Source: an uncultured Clostridia bacterium
GTDB lineage: Bacteria > Bacillota > Clostridia > TANB77 > CAG-508
Direction of reading: 5' to 3'
DNA: 64,000 nt
Assembly: GCA_934130085.1 (NCBI GenBank)
Contig: CAKOXK010000003.1
Coordinates: forward strand, 3,070-67,069
The notes beneath the pieces are model-generated. The model ran no database searches. It was given only the letters and a program-made list of their open reading frames with translations, and had not been told where the DNA came from. Shown one piece after another: positions 9,442 through 19,055 of the stretch. Made by a program: the position numbers and the translations under genes. How positions within the stretch are numbered: position 1 is the first letter of the stretch; the number at the start of each line of letters is the position of its first letter.

Positions 9442-9636
9442 ATTTAATTAATTCTCTTATTAACGTTCTTTGCATGTTTTATTTGTTTAATTCTTTTATG
9501 AACGTTCTTTTTATATTTTATTTGTTTAATTCTCTCATGAACGTTCTTTTTATGTTTTATTTGTTTAATTCTCTTATTAACGTTCTTTTTATGTTTCATT
9601 TGTTTAATTCTTTTAAGAACATTTCATTTAGCATTT
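9442..9636. repeat. 39-bp tandem repeat x5; the last unit is the coding 3' end of gatB
   Basis: Units start at 9442, 9481, 9520, 9559 and 9598 with consensus ATTTGTTTAATTCTCTTATTAACGTTCTTTTTATGTTTT. Period is exactly 39 bp, or 13 codons. Confidence 0.9.
9444..9599 (-). CDS. candidate 51-codon basic repeat peptide, ATGA-overlapped with the gatB stop (speculative)
   Basis: ATG at 9599..9597 overlaps the gatB TGA at 9598..9596. Translation is MKHKKNVNKRIKQIKHKKNVHERIKQIKYKKNVHKRIKQIKHAKNVNKRIN. The frame is open only because the repeat unit is 13 codons, and the opposite strand is also open. Confidence 0.2.
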   Translation of the reverse strand: MKHKKNVNKRIKQIKHKKNVHERIKQIKYKKNVHKRIKQIKHAKNVNKRIN

Positions 9637-11035
9637 TTGGATTTGCTTTTCCTTTTGTTTGCTTCATTGCTTGGCCTACTAAGAATCCTAAAGCTCTATC
9701 TTTTCCTGCTTTATAGTCGGCTACTGATTGGCTGTTATTTGCAAGTATTTCTTCCACAACTTTTTTAATCTGATTTTCATCTGATATTTGTACTAGCCCT
9801 TTTTCTTCTATTATTTGTTTTGGTGAACGTGGGTTTTCGAATAGCTCTTCTAGTACTTTTTTACCAATACTCGTGCTTATTGTTCCTTTATCAATTAGTT
9901 CAACAAGTTCTGCTAAGTTCTCTGCTGTAAATGGTATTTGATCTGGTTCCATTTCTTTCTCATTTAGTATTCTTGCTATATCTGATGTTAACCAGTTGCA
10001 AACTGCTTTGTAGTTTTTGCATAATGCTCCTGCTTTTTCAAAAATATCAGAATATGCTTTTGACGATGTTAGAGCATTTGCATCTTTTTCTGACAATTTT
10101 AATTCTTCCATGTAGCGTTTTTTTCTGACTTCTGGCATCTCTGGCAAGTTCTTCTTGATGTTTTCTATGTATTCATCTGATAACTTTATTGCTACCAAGT
10201 CTGGTTCCGGAAAATACCTGTAATCTTGAGCATCTTCCTTGTTTCTCATTGAGTATGTTCTGCCTTGTAAATCATCCCATCTCATTGTTTCTTGTACTAC
10301 TTCTTCGCCATTTTCATTTGCTTCAATTTGAGTTTCTTTCTCATATTCTATTGCTCTTTGAATTGATTTAAATGAGTTCATGTTTTTCATTTCATGTCTT
10401 GTGCCGAATGGTTCATTCTTTTTGTGAACTGATACGTTTACATCTGCTCTTAAAGATCCCTCTTCCATTTTACAGTCTGATACATTGATGTATTGCAAAA
10501 TTGATTTTAATTTTTTTAGGTATCTATCAGCTTCGCCACTTGAACGAATATCGGGTTCAGATACAATTTCAATTAATGGAACCCCTGCTCTATTTAGGTC
10601 TACTAAGCTTCCTCCTGAAAATTCGTTGTGGTTTAATTTTCCTGCATCTTCTTCTATGTGTATTCTAAGTATTCTAACTTTTTTTAGATTTCCATTATCA
10701 TCTTCTATTTCAATGTAGCCATTATTGCATAGTGGTTTATCAAATTGAGATATCTGATACGATTTTGGTAAGTCAGGATAGAAATAATTTTTTCTATCAT
10801 TTTTACTATCTTTTGAAATTGTGCAGTTTGTTGCCAGTCCGGCCTTTACAGCATATTCAACAACCTTTTCATTTAACTTTGGTAATGCTCCTGGTAATGC
10901 CATGCAGACTGGACAAATATGGGTATTTTCTTTTTCTCCAAAGCTTGTTTTACATGAACAGAAAATTTTTGTTTTTGTTGAAAGCTCTGCGTGAACCTCA
11001 AGACCAACTACTAATTCATAGTCTTCTTTTGCCAT
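9596..11035 (-). CDS. gatB: Asp/Glu-tRNA(Asn/Gln) amidotransferase subunit B
   Basis: 479 aa. N-terminus YELVVGLEVHAEL and a C-terminal YqeY-like tail. Lies immediately downstream of gatA. Confidence 0.95.
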   Translation of the reverse strand: MAKEDYELVVGLEVHAELSTKTKIFCSCKTSFGEKENTHICPVCMALPGALPKLNEKVVEYAVKAGLATNCTISKDSKNDRKNYFYPDLPKSYQISQFDKPLCNNGYIEIEDDNGNLKKVRILRIHIEEDAGKLNHNEFSGGSLVDLNRAGVPLIEIVSEPDIRSSGEADRYLKKLKSILQYINVSDCKMEEGSLRADVNVSVHKKNEPFGTRHEMKNMNSFKSIQRAIEYEKETQIEANENGEEVVQETMRWDDLQGRTYSMRNKEDAQDYRYFPEPDLVAIKLSDEYIENIKKNLPEMPEVRKKRYMEELKLSEKDANALTSSKAYSDIFEKAGALCKNYKAVCNWLTSDIARILNEKEMEPDQIPFTAENLAELVELIDKGTISTSIGKKVLEELFENPRSPKQIIEEKGLVQISDENQIKKVVEEILANNSQSVADYKAGKDRALGFLVGQAMKQTKGKANPKMLNEMFLKELNK

Positions 11036-11068
11036 TATTATATTTCCTTTCTAATTTTTTATACTTTC

Positions 11069-12526
11069 TTATTTTTTGAATTCTGGTTGATATTTTTCTC
11101 TAAATTTTGTTTTTTGTTCAAATGCATAAGCTGCATTTAGAATTGTTTGTTCCTGGAATCTGTTGCCGATTAATTGCATTCCTATTGGCATTCCTTGTTT
11201 ATCAACTCCTGCTGGAATTGATATTGCTGGAACACTTGCTATGTTTATTGAAACTGTACATATATCAGCTAAATACATCTCCATTGGGTTTGATGATTTT
11301 TGTCCTATATCAAATGCAGTTGTTGGTGCGACTGGTGTTAATAATACATCATATTTTTTAAAAGCATTATCAAATTGATTTTTCACAAAAGTACGAACCT
11401 TCTGAGCTTTTTTGTAATATGCATCATAATAACCAGATGATAATACATAAGTACCAAGTATGATTCTTCTTTTTACTTCTTCTCCAAATCCCTCTGTTCT
11501 TGTGTTTTTGTATAGTTCTTTTAAGTTTGTATAATTCTTTGTTCTGTAACCATATCTGATTCCATCAAATCTTCCTAAGTTTGATGATGCTTCAGCACAT
11601 GCGATTATGTAATATGTTGCCAACGCATATTTAGCAACATCAAGTGAGAACTCTTCAACCTCTGCGCCCATGCTTTTATATGTTTCTATTGCCTCTTTTA
11701 GTTTTGATTTTACTTCTTCATTTATTCCGTCTCCGAAGAATTCTTTTGGAACTCCAATTTTTAATCCTTTTACATCATCTTTCAAAGATTTTTCATAATT
11801 AATCTTTTCAACCTTAGCTGACGTTGAATCTTTCTCGTCATACCCTGCAATTACATTTAGTAGAATTGCTGCATCTCTTACGTCTTTGGTGATTGGGCCT
11901 ATTTGGTCAAGTGATGAAGCAAATGCTACTAAGCCATATCTTGAAACAAGTCCATAAGTTGGTTTTAGACCAACTACCCCGCAAAATGATGCTGGTTCTC
12001 TTATTGATCCTCCTGTGTCAGATCCAAGGGCCCAAGGAACTAAGTTTGCCGCAACGGCTGCAGCAGATCCCCCTGATGAGCCCCCTGGAACTTTATTTAA
12101 ATTCCATGGATTCTTTGTAATTTTCATTGCTGAATTTTCAGTTGATGAACCCATCGCAAATTCATCCATATTAAGTTTGCCAAGACTAATTATTTGATTC
12201 TCATTTAATTTTTCTACAGCTGTTGCATCATAAGGTGATACAAAGTTCTCAAGCATTTTTGATGCGCATGTTGTTTTTACATTTTTTTCGCAAATATTAT
12301 CTTTTATACCTATTGGTATTCCCGATAGTCTACCTGTTCTTGATTCATCTATTTTTTCTGCTTGTTTTTTTGCTTCATCAAGTGTTAAAGTAATAAAGCT
12401 TTCAACATCTTTTTCTTTCTCATTTATTCTTTTTTCATAAGCTTCAACAATCTCTTTTGATGTTAACTCATTTTTATCTAACTTTTCTATTAGTTCATGC
12501 ACGGTTAAGTTTGTTATATCACTCAT
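11069..12526 (-). CDS. gatA: Glu-tRNA(Gln) amidotransferase subunit A
   Basis: 485 aa. Amidase signature [12 protein letters not shown] and IKDNI. Confidence 0.95.
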   Translation of the reverse strand: MSDITNLTVHELIEKLDKNELTSKEIVEAYEKRINEKEKDVESFITLTLDEAKKQAEKIDESRTGRLSGIPIGIKDNICEKNVKTTCASKMLENFVSPYDATAVEKLNENQIISLGKLNMDEFAMGSSTENSAMKITKNPWNLNKVPGGSSGGSAAAVAANLVPWALGSDTGGSIREPASFCGVVGLKPTYGLVSRYGLVAFASSLDQIGPITKDVRDAAILLNVIAGYDEKDSTSAKVEKINYEKSLKDDVKGLKIGVPKEFFGDGINEEVKSKLKEAIETYKSMGAEVEEFSLDVAKYALATYYIIACAEASSNLGRFDGIRYGYRTKNYTNLKELYKNTRTEGFGEEVKRRIILGTYVLSSGYYDAYYKKAQKVRTFVKNQFDNAFKKYDVLLTPVAPTTAFDIGQKSSNPMEMYLADICTVSINIASVPAISIPAGVDKQGMPIGMQLIGNRFQEQTILNAAYAFEQKTKFREKYQPEFKK

Positions 12527-12629
12527 AGTTTTAATTTGATTATTTTGTAATCAATCTCCTTAAATTATTTAGGTTTTTTAGGTGCCTATAAACCTTAAAT
12601 TTTCAATATTTATATTTGGTCATTGATAG

Positions 12630-12775
12630 TTTTTCAATATTTTCTATTTATTTCTTAATACTTTTTAATATTTTTTCTATTTAGGCCTTAATAATTTTCT
12701 TATATTTTCTATTTAGCTTTTAAGAATTTTCTTATATTTTCTATTTAGCTTTTAAAAATTTTCAATCATATTTAA
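12630..12775. repeat. degenerate tandem repeat of about 32 bp in the gatA upstream spacer
   Basis: Recurring TTTTCTTATATTTTCTATTTAGCTTTTAA units, about 4 copies, two of them nearly identical. Confidence 0.6.
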
Positions 12776-12813
12776 CTTTGTTTTTTCATCTTATGCGTTA
12801 TTTCTTTTATTTT

Positions 12814-13395
12814 TTAGTCTTTCCAATCTAGTATATCTAATATTTCTTTTTTTACTACATCTTCTTTACGAGAATTATCGATTTTCAAAACATTTATTGA
12901 AGGATATTTAGTCTTTATTTCATCTGCTAACTTTAAATACTCGTTTTGCTGTTTAACACTATTTTCTTTGTTAAACTCTGCATTTTTAAAACTTGCCTTT
13001 CCTGGTCTATCAAGCCTTTTAATATAATCATCTTCGTTTCTTAAATATAAAGCTATGTAATAAATATTAAAATCCATTTTTGAAAGTCTATCAAGTAGCT
13101 TGTTATATTCATCTGTAAATGAATATTCTTTCAAACCAAGTCTGCAATAAACCTCTTCTGTAAAAAATGTTCTATCAAACAATAAATTCACACTTGTATT
13201 TTCAAGATTTTTAATATAATCAAGAAGTGTTTCATACATTTTAACAGATTTGTTTTTCCCTTCAATGCTTAAATCTTTAGTTCCGCATAATCTATAAAGA
13301 TTTGTGTATGATATTGAATTTCTGATAAAATCAGTAATCGTAGTTTTTCCAACTCCTTGAGGTCCTTCAACAATAATTATTTTAGAATTTGCCAT
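12814..13395 (-). CDS. P-loop kinase of the deoxynucleoside kinase / dTMP kinase-like fold, inserted between gatC and gatA
   Basis: Walker A GPQGVGKTT, DR-type motif LFDRTFFTEEVY and a LID-like RLDRPGK. Preferred start is ATG 13395, preceded by AAGGAAAG. The ORF track start is 13419. Confidence 0.55.
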   Translation of the reverse strand: MANSKIIIVEGPQGVGKTTITDFIRNSISYTNLYRLCGTKDLSIEGKNKSVKMYETLLDYIKNLENTSVNLLFDRTFFTEEVYCRLGLKEYSFTDEYNKLLDRLSKMDFNIYYIALYLRNEDDYIKRLDRPGKASFKNAEFNKENSVKQQNEYLKLADEIKTKYPSINVLKIDNSRKEDVVKKEILDILDWKD

Positions 13396-13433
13396 ATTTC
13401 TTTCCTTACTCTTTATCAATTGTTTTTTTACTT

Positions 13434-13727
13434 TTAGTTTATAACCTTTGGTATTTTGAACATATTGTTTTCAAGCTCTGGTGCATTATTCATTATGCCT
13501 TCTTTATTTTCAAAATCTATAACCTCATCTTTTCTGAATGCATTGGCACTTTCATTTGCCATAAATGTCTCACTTAAATCATCAATAGGAGCTTTTTGAA
13601 TTACTTCTACATAATTTAATATATCATCAAGATTTTTTAAGTACTTATCAACTTCATCATCAGCAATATTTAAGTCAGCAAGATTTGCTATGTGTAAAAG
13701 TTCTTCTTTACTTACTTTTTTTTGCAT
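13434..13727 (-). CDS. gatC: Asp/Glu-tRNA amidotransferase subunit C
   Basis: 97 aa. VSKEELLHIANLADLNI...E is typical of the GatC N-terminus. Located at the head of the gat cluster. Confidence 0.9.
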   Translation of the reverse strand: MQKKVSKEELLHIANLADLNIADDEVDKYLKNLDDILNYVEVIQKAPIDDLSETFMANESANAFRKDEVIDFENKEGIMNNAPELENNMFKIPKVIN

Positions 13728-13960
13728 ATCATTTTCCTCTTTTCTTTTTAGTATTTAGACCAAGTCTAAAAAAGTCACTTTATAATATAGCTTATTTTAC
13801 CTTTTTTTTGCCTATTTTTCAATAGTATAAGTCAAAAATATTGATAATCAAAATTTACTTTTTTATGTTTTTTCGACATTATTCTTTTCTTTTTCTATTT
13901 TTTGTGATATATGTATTTTTATATTGTAGGAAATAAATTTTTATAGAAATGGGTGATTTT

Positions 13961-14245
13961 ATGATTTTTAACAAATGTGAACGCTGTGGATGTTTCTTTG
14001 CTTCTAAGGATAATGTATGTCCTAATTGCATTACTAAAGATGAAGTAGATAAAGCTTCTTTAAAAAGCTATTTATCTTCTAACAATATTCCTAAAGATGC
14101 TGATACATTATCTTTTTATTCAGGCGTTTCTGTAAAGAATATTAATAGATTTATACAGACAAAAGAGTTTTCTTCTCTAAAAAAGGCTTTTAGTTTGAAG
14201 AGCAATACAAATAATGATGATAATAATTTAAAGGTGCAATTATAA
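13961..14245 (+). CDS. small zinc-ribbon protein (YvyF/TIGR03826-like, tentative)
   Basis: CERCG...CPNC four-Cys ribbon at the N-terminus. Preferred start is 13961; the ORF track start is 13949. Confidence 0.45.
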   Translation: MIFNKCERCGCFFASKDNVCPNCITKDEVDKASLKSYLSSNNIPKDADTLSFYSGVSVKNINRFIQTKEFSSLKKAFSLKSNTNNDDNNLKVQL

Positions 14246-14259
14246 TTGCACCTTTTTAT
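14231..14259 (+). terminator. rho-independent terminator
   Basis: AAGGTGCAATT / AATTGCACCTT stem followed by TTTTT. It overlaps the stop codon of 13961..14245. Confidence 0.75.
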
Positions 14260-14274
14260 TAAATAAGCTTTAAA

Positions 14275-14425
14275 AGAGAGGAACAAGAGTTAATATTATA
14301 TTGTTTAAAATGCCGCGCAGCGATCAAGCGAAGCGCGAATGGTGCAATCTTCCGAAAGTTTTGTTGACTAACGAAGATTGCAGTAAGCAAGGCGTTGAAA
14401 AACAATATAATATTAACTCTTGTTC
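14275..14425 (+). repeat. palindromic intergenic element, copy B (diverged, with compensatory stem changes)
   Basis: Outer arms GAACAAGAGTTAATATTATATTGTTT / AAACAATATAATATTAACTCTTGTTC. Inner hairpin TGCAATCTTCG...CGAAGATTGCA. Shares the same core as copy A: GCCGCGCAGCGATCAAGCGAAGCGCGAATG and TTGACTAACGAAG. Confidence 0.8.
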
Positions 14426-14461
14426 TTTATCTTTATATTATCTTTATTAAAATTTAAACCT

Positions 14462-16540
14462 TTAGTTTACTCTTGCAAAACCTATCTCACTCTTCTCCAT
14501 TTTTGCTATTAGTTCCATTAAATTTTCTTTGGTCAAGTTCTTTCCTTTTATTTTTATCATGTGTCCGCCGTTTGTTAACTCGTGAAATACTGCTTCATTT
14601 TTTATTTTTGTTTCTATATCAGTTTCTTCTGGTAGTTCAAATGATGAAGTATATTTTTCTTTGTCTGTTACATCTTTTATTTTTCCAAAGATTACTCTAT
14701 CAAACTCTAGAAATTCCTTGTCAATTTGCTCATTGTCATTGCCCGCTAGTATAAAATTCAAGTTATATTTTTGCGAAAATTCGTCTATCTTTTTTTTCAT
14801 TGTTTCTATGGTTTTGATTGCTATTTCTTTTGCTTTTTTATCATCTTGATAGCTTTTTTGGCTTAGTGCTATTATGCTTTCATTTAATCCTGTGAATGAT
14901 ATTTGCATTGCTCCTTGTTTTAGTACTTTTTTTATTTTATCATCCGGCTTTAATTTTTCTGAATCTATCCACACGTTTTGTCCCATTAAAAACGGAAAAT
15001 TGCATGCTTTTTTGTTACTTTGTACTTCTAATCTTTCTAATAATTGGTCTTTTACAAGCTCTGTTTTCTTTTCTAATTCATCTAAAAAACCTTCTATATC
15101 ATCTCTATGTTTTAATGCAATTCTTGGCAAATTTATTACAGTTGATGATATTATACCTCTTGAGGCTGAAACCATTTTGTCTTTATCTATTACATTATCA
15201 ATAACCCTACTTCCGTTTGAAAAGTATGCTACCTCTGTGTTAAAGTCTCCTTCTTTATATGCCTCTTCATTGTATGGTGCATCTAAAAATGAAAAACTGA
15301 TGTTATTTGTTTTTGTAGCTATTTCTGCTGCTCTTTCTAATAAATCAAAGTTCTTGTCTTTTTTGTTAAAATTCACACCATTTTTTACTTTAAATATAAC
15401 TTTAGGTGATGTTGCCTTTTGATTTTCGCCTATTCCTTTTTCAATTATTTTTAGAAGATTTTTTATTACCATTCTACCTTCTAGTGACTCATCAGTTCCT
15501 AAGTTAATTGATGTTATTCTGTTTGTGCATATACTGTTTAGGTCATGTACAAATGCTTCCATTGCCTGGTATACTTGCTTATTTGTCTTTTGCATTGCAT
15601 TTTTATACACTATTCTAAACATTCTTTTTAATTCTTCCGCTTCTCTAGTAAATTTGTAAAACTGCTCTATGTTAAAATCTATTGTTGATAATTTATCAAT
15701 TTCTCTATCAATTCCATTTAACGCAATAAATTTATTATAATCAGTATATTCTAGTATGTCATAAATCGTTTGTCTAAATTCTTTTTTAAATGTTTTTATT
15801 ACTCCTTGAGACATATAGTAATCAAAGTTTGGAATTGATTGTTCTGAATCTTGATCTTTTTGATTACTTGATATGGCAATTATTGCAAGCATTGTGTATG
15901 ATGATATGCTTTGAGGCTCTCTCATTGAGCAATTGCCTGTTTGAAATCCATCTGTAAAAAGCTTTTCTAAGTCGATTTGGCAAGATTCTGTTGCCCCCAT
16001 TGGGTAATATTCTAGTTTATTTATGTATATATCACCATTTTCATGTTCTTGAGAAAATTTTTTCTTCATTAAATATGATGTTGTAAATTCTTGAGATACT
16101 GTTTTTCCATAAGCTTGCATTGTTTCCATTGTGTTTTTATTATTTTCCAATACTTCTTGACTTGTTTTGGTGCTAAGGCCTAACTTTTCTAATGCTTTTA
16201 AAAATTTATGCTTTCTTTTTTCTTCAAAAAATATTTCACGTGATTGATTTCTCTTTTCTCTGTATTCTGAAAACGAATTATACACATCTTCATAATTATT
16301 TTTTTTAAGTTCTTCCTCGATCAAATCTTGAATCTCTTCAATTTTAATTTTTTCTTTATCAGCGTTTAAGATCTTTGATATAACTTTGTTGTATATTTTA
16401 TTTACATCATCTTCATTATACTTTTCATCAATACTATCAAATCCTTTTTTTATTGCTATTGCAATTTTTGTTCCATCAAAGTTAACTTTTTTGCCATCTC
16501 TTTTTACAACAATAATATTTGATAAATTTTCTTCATTCAT
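14462..16540 (-). CDS. ATP-cone-containing NrdD-like (class III ribonucleotide reductase family) protein without a recognisable glycyl-radical C-terminus
   Basis: N-terminal ATP-cone (VVKRDGKKVNFDGTKI). Internal INLPRIA, VTDKEKYTSSF and NGGH segments resemble NrdD as I recall it. The protein ends ...SEIGFARVN with no Cys4 ribbon and no RVxGY-type motif. Confidence 0.55.
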   Translation of the reverse strand: MNEENLSNIIVVKRDGKKVNFDGTKIAIAIKKGFDSIDEKYNEDDVNKIYNKVISKILNADKEKIKIEEIQDLIEEELKKNNYEDVYNSFSEYREKRNQSREIFFEEKRKHKFLKALEKLGLSTKTSQEVLENNKNTMETMQAYGKTVSQEFTTSYLMKKKFSQEHENGDIYINKLEYYPMGATESCQIDLEKLFTDGFQTGNCSMREPQSISSYTMLAIIAISSNQKDQDSEQSIPNFDYYMSQGVIKTFKKEFRQTIYDILEYTDYNKFIALNGIDREIDKLSTIDFNIEQFYKFTREAEELKRMFRIVYKNAMQKTNKQVYQAMEAFVHDLNSICTNRITSINLGTDESLEGRMVIKNLLKIIEKGIGENQKATSPKVIFKVKNGVNFNKKDKNFDLLERAAEIATKTNNISFSFLDAPYNEEAYKEGDFNTEVAYFSNGSRVIDNVIDKDKMVSASRGIISSTVINLPRIALKHRDDIEGFLDELEKKTELVKDQLLERLEVQSNKKACNFPFLMGQNVWIDSEKLKPDDKIKKVLKQGAMQISFTGLNESIIALSQKSYQDDKKAKEIAIKTIETMKKKIDEFSQKYNLNFILAGNDNEQIDKEFLEFDRVIFGKIKDVTDKEKYTSSFELPEETDIETKIKNEAVFHELTNGGHMIKIKGKNLTKENLMELIAKMEKSEIGFARVN

Positions 16541-16667
16541 ATTTTTTTACTTTCTCCTTTATTCAGTTTCAAGAAAATTATTTATCTGACTTTTGCTTAG
16601 TTTCCACTTAATTTTACAAATTGATTTTCATAACTTTAAAATATATTTGTATAATTTGTAAACATTT

Positions 16668-17927
16668 TTATACGATTTCAAGAAAGTCTCTTACTTTATT
16701 TTTTACATGTTTTAGTTTTTCTTCATCATCTGCATGAATGTAACCTATTACATCTCCCTCTGATACTTTATCTCCTACTTTTTTGTTAAATACAAATCCT
16801 ACCCTTGGGTCTATTGTATCTTCTTTCTTTAATCTTCCTGCTCCTAAGTAGTTTGCAAGTTTTCCAATCTCAAGTGCATCAAGTTTATTAATTGTGCCGT
16901 TTAAATTAGATATTATTGGCGAAATGTATTTTGCTTGTTCAAATTTTTCTGTATCTTCTATATATGAAACGTCTCCTCCTTGATTTTTAACAAGTTCTAA
17001 TAGTTTGTTATATGCTTTTTGGTTTCTTATATTTTCAAGTATAAGTTTTCTTCCTTCTTCTAGGCTCTTTACTTTATCTCCTAAAAGCAAAATATGAGAA
17101 CCAAGTTTAGTTATTATCTCTTCTACATCTTTTGGCATATATGCACCTTTTAATATATCAACAGCTTCTATTACTTCTAATGTATTTCCAACAGAATATC
17201 CTACTGGTTCATCCATATTTGTTATGATACACACGGTTTCTCTTCCAGCTAATTTTCCTATCTTTGTCATTATAATTGAAAGCTTTTCAGCATCTTCTCT
17301 TGTTTTCATAAACGCACCGCTTCCACACGTAACATCTATTACAATTTTGTTAGCACCTGATGCAATTTTTTTACTCATTATGCTTGAGGCAATTAGTGGA
17401 ATACTGTCAGTACAACTAATTGTGTCACGTAGTGCATATAGTTTCTTATCAGCTGGAGCTAAGTTCATTGTTTGCCCAATCAAACTAATGCCAATTTTTT
17501 TAACATTCTGTTTAAATTCATCTATACTTATATTGGTCTTATAACCTGGGATTGATTCAAGTTTATCAACTGTACCACCTGTAAATCCTAGTCCTCTTCC
17601 AGACATTTTGGCAACGGGAAGACCTAAAGATGCAATTATTGGCATTAGAATTAATGTAATTTTATCTCCTACTCCTCCTGTTGAGTGTTTATCAATTACA
17701 CATCCTAAATCAGATAAATCAAGCACATCTCCTGAATGACACATTGCAAGAGTTAAATCAGTTGTTTCTCTCTCATTCATCCCATTTATATATATTGCCA
17801 TAACAAGCGCAGCTGCTTGATAATCAGTAATATATCCGTTTGAATATTCTTTAATAAAATAATTTATTTCTTCAGTTGATAGTTCTTTATTATCTCTTTT
17901 ATTAGCTATTATATTTAATATGTTCAT
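16668..17927 (-). CDS. pdp: pyrimidine-nucleoside phosphorylase
   Basis: DYQAAALVMAIYINGM and DKHSTGGVGDK motifs. Preferred start is ATG 17927, after GGAG. The ORF track start is 17948. Confidence 0.9.
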   Translation of the reverse strand: MNILNIIANKRDNKELSTEEINYFIKEYSNGYITDYQAAALVMAIYINGMNERETTDLTLAMCHSGDVLDLSDLGCVIDKHSTGGVGDKITLILMPIIASLGLPVAKMSGRGLGFTGGTVDKLESIPGYKTNISIDEFKQNVKKIGISLIGQTMNLAPADKKLYALRDTISCTDSIPLIASSIMSKKIASGANKIVIDVTCGSGAFMKTREDAEKLSIIMTKIGKLAGRETVCIITNMDEPVGYSVGNTLEVIEAVDILKGAYMPKDVEEIITKLGSHILLLGDKVKSLEEGRKLILENIRNQKAYNKLLELVKNQGGDVSYIEDTEKFEQAKYISPIISNLNGTINKLDALEIGKLANYLGAGRLKKEDTIDPRVGFVFNKKVGDKVSEGDVIGYIHADDEEKLKHVKNKVRDFLEIV

Positions 17928-18114
17928 TTGTTCTCCATTTCTTTCCACAATTAATGCATTATTTGTGGATTATTTTATGTGTTTGTGCGGATTATTTTTA
18001 TTTTATGTATTTATATTTAAATTTATATATATAATCCATATATAATCATAAGTATAAAATATAAGCACATATCTATTTAAGAATTTTTTTATTGGTATTA
18101 CATACGTTACTTAT

Positions 18115-18198
18115 GGCTTCAGATATTTATTATACTTATATAAAGTTATAAAGTGTTTTAATTTACGGCTTCAGATATTTATTATACTTATATAAAGT
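18115..18198. repeat. 32-bp direct repeat x2 (52-bp period); the second copy overlaps the rnhB stop
   Basis: GGCTTCAGATATTTATTATACTTATATAAAGT occurs at 18115-18146 and 18167-18198. Confidence 0.8.
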
Positions 18199-18826
18199 GT
18201 TTTATAAATGTTTTTCTGTGAATTGGGCATGGACCATATTTTTGAATTGCTTCTATGTGCATTTTAGTTCCATACCCCTTATGTTTTGCGAAACCATATT
18301 CAGGATAAACTTTATCCCATTCATCCATTATTCTATCCCTCGTTACTTTTGCTAAAATTGATGCGCATGAGATTGAATAGCAAGTTGCATCTCCTTTTAT
18401 AATTGATTCGTAAGGAATTCCCATTGTATTAATTTCTCTTAATGCATCTACTATAACTAGGCTTGGCTTTTCATCAACCTGCGAAAATATATCTTGAATT
18501 GCAAGTGTTAAACCTTCTTTTGTTGCTTGTAAAATATTTTTTTCATCGATCTCTTTTTCTGATACTAGCTGCACACTCCAAGCAATACTATCTTCAATAA
18601 TTTTATCATACAAAATTTCTCTACGTTTTGCTGTAACTTTTTTTGAATCATTCACCCATTCAAGCATTGAATCAGGCTTCATTATAACCGCTCCAACAGC
18701 CACTGGACCTGCTAGAGGACCGCGTCCTGCCTCATCTATGCCAATTATTAATTTGTTTCCTTCTTTCCTTAAATTATCTTCAAAACTTTTTAAAGCTTTT
18801 AATCTTTCAATCTCTTGTTCTTTCAT
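18188..18826 (-). CDS. rnhB: ribonuclease HII
   Basis: IGIDEAGRGPLAGPV and the DSK catalytic motifs. Confidence 0.9.
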   Translation of the reverse strand: MKEQEIERLKALKSFEDNLRKEGNKLIIGIDEAGRGPLAGPVAVGAVIMKPDSMLEWVNDSKKVTAKRREILYDKIIEDSIAWSVQLVSEKEIDEKNILQATKEGLTLAIQDIFSQVDEKPSLVIVDALREINTMGIPYESIIKGDATCYSISCASILAKVTRDRIMDEWDKVYPEYGFAKHKGYGTKMHIEAIQKYGPCPIHRKTFIKHFI

Positions 18827-19055
18827 ATATTCACTACTTCTTTCACTTTTTTACTTATTTCTTTTGCTTAATTCTGTTGTTTAATTCTGTTATATGTTTC
18901 CGTTGTTTACTTCCTCTGTTTAATTCAACTGTATCATTATGTTGTTTTTTTCCGCCATTTATTTTTCTTATTTTTTTATTTGTTTATTTTACTTATTGCC
19001 TGTATTCATTCCTTTTGAATGTTTTTTAATATTTTGCATTCTATAATAGTAATTT

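Noticed and set aside
9381-9716. 111-aa plus-strand ORF (MCLIVPLLLF...)
   Set aside because: It runs through the 39-bp tandem repeat and then antisense to the gatB 3' end. It is open only because of the repeat periodicity. It has no SD and its composition is low-complexity.
13728-13948. T-box leader upstream of gatC
   Set aside because: There is no AGAGA/GNUGGNA-type T-box sequence and no specifier/antiterminator architecture. Only promoter-like AT-rich sequence is present.
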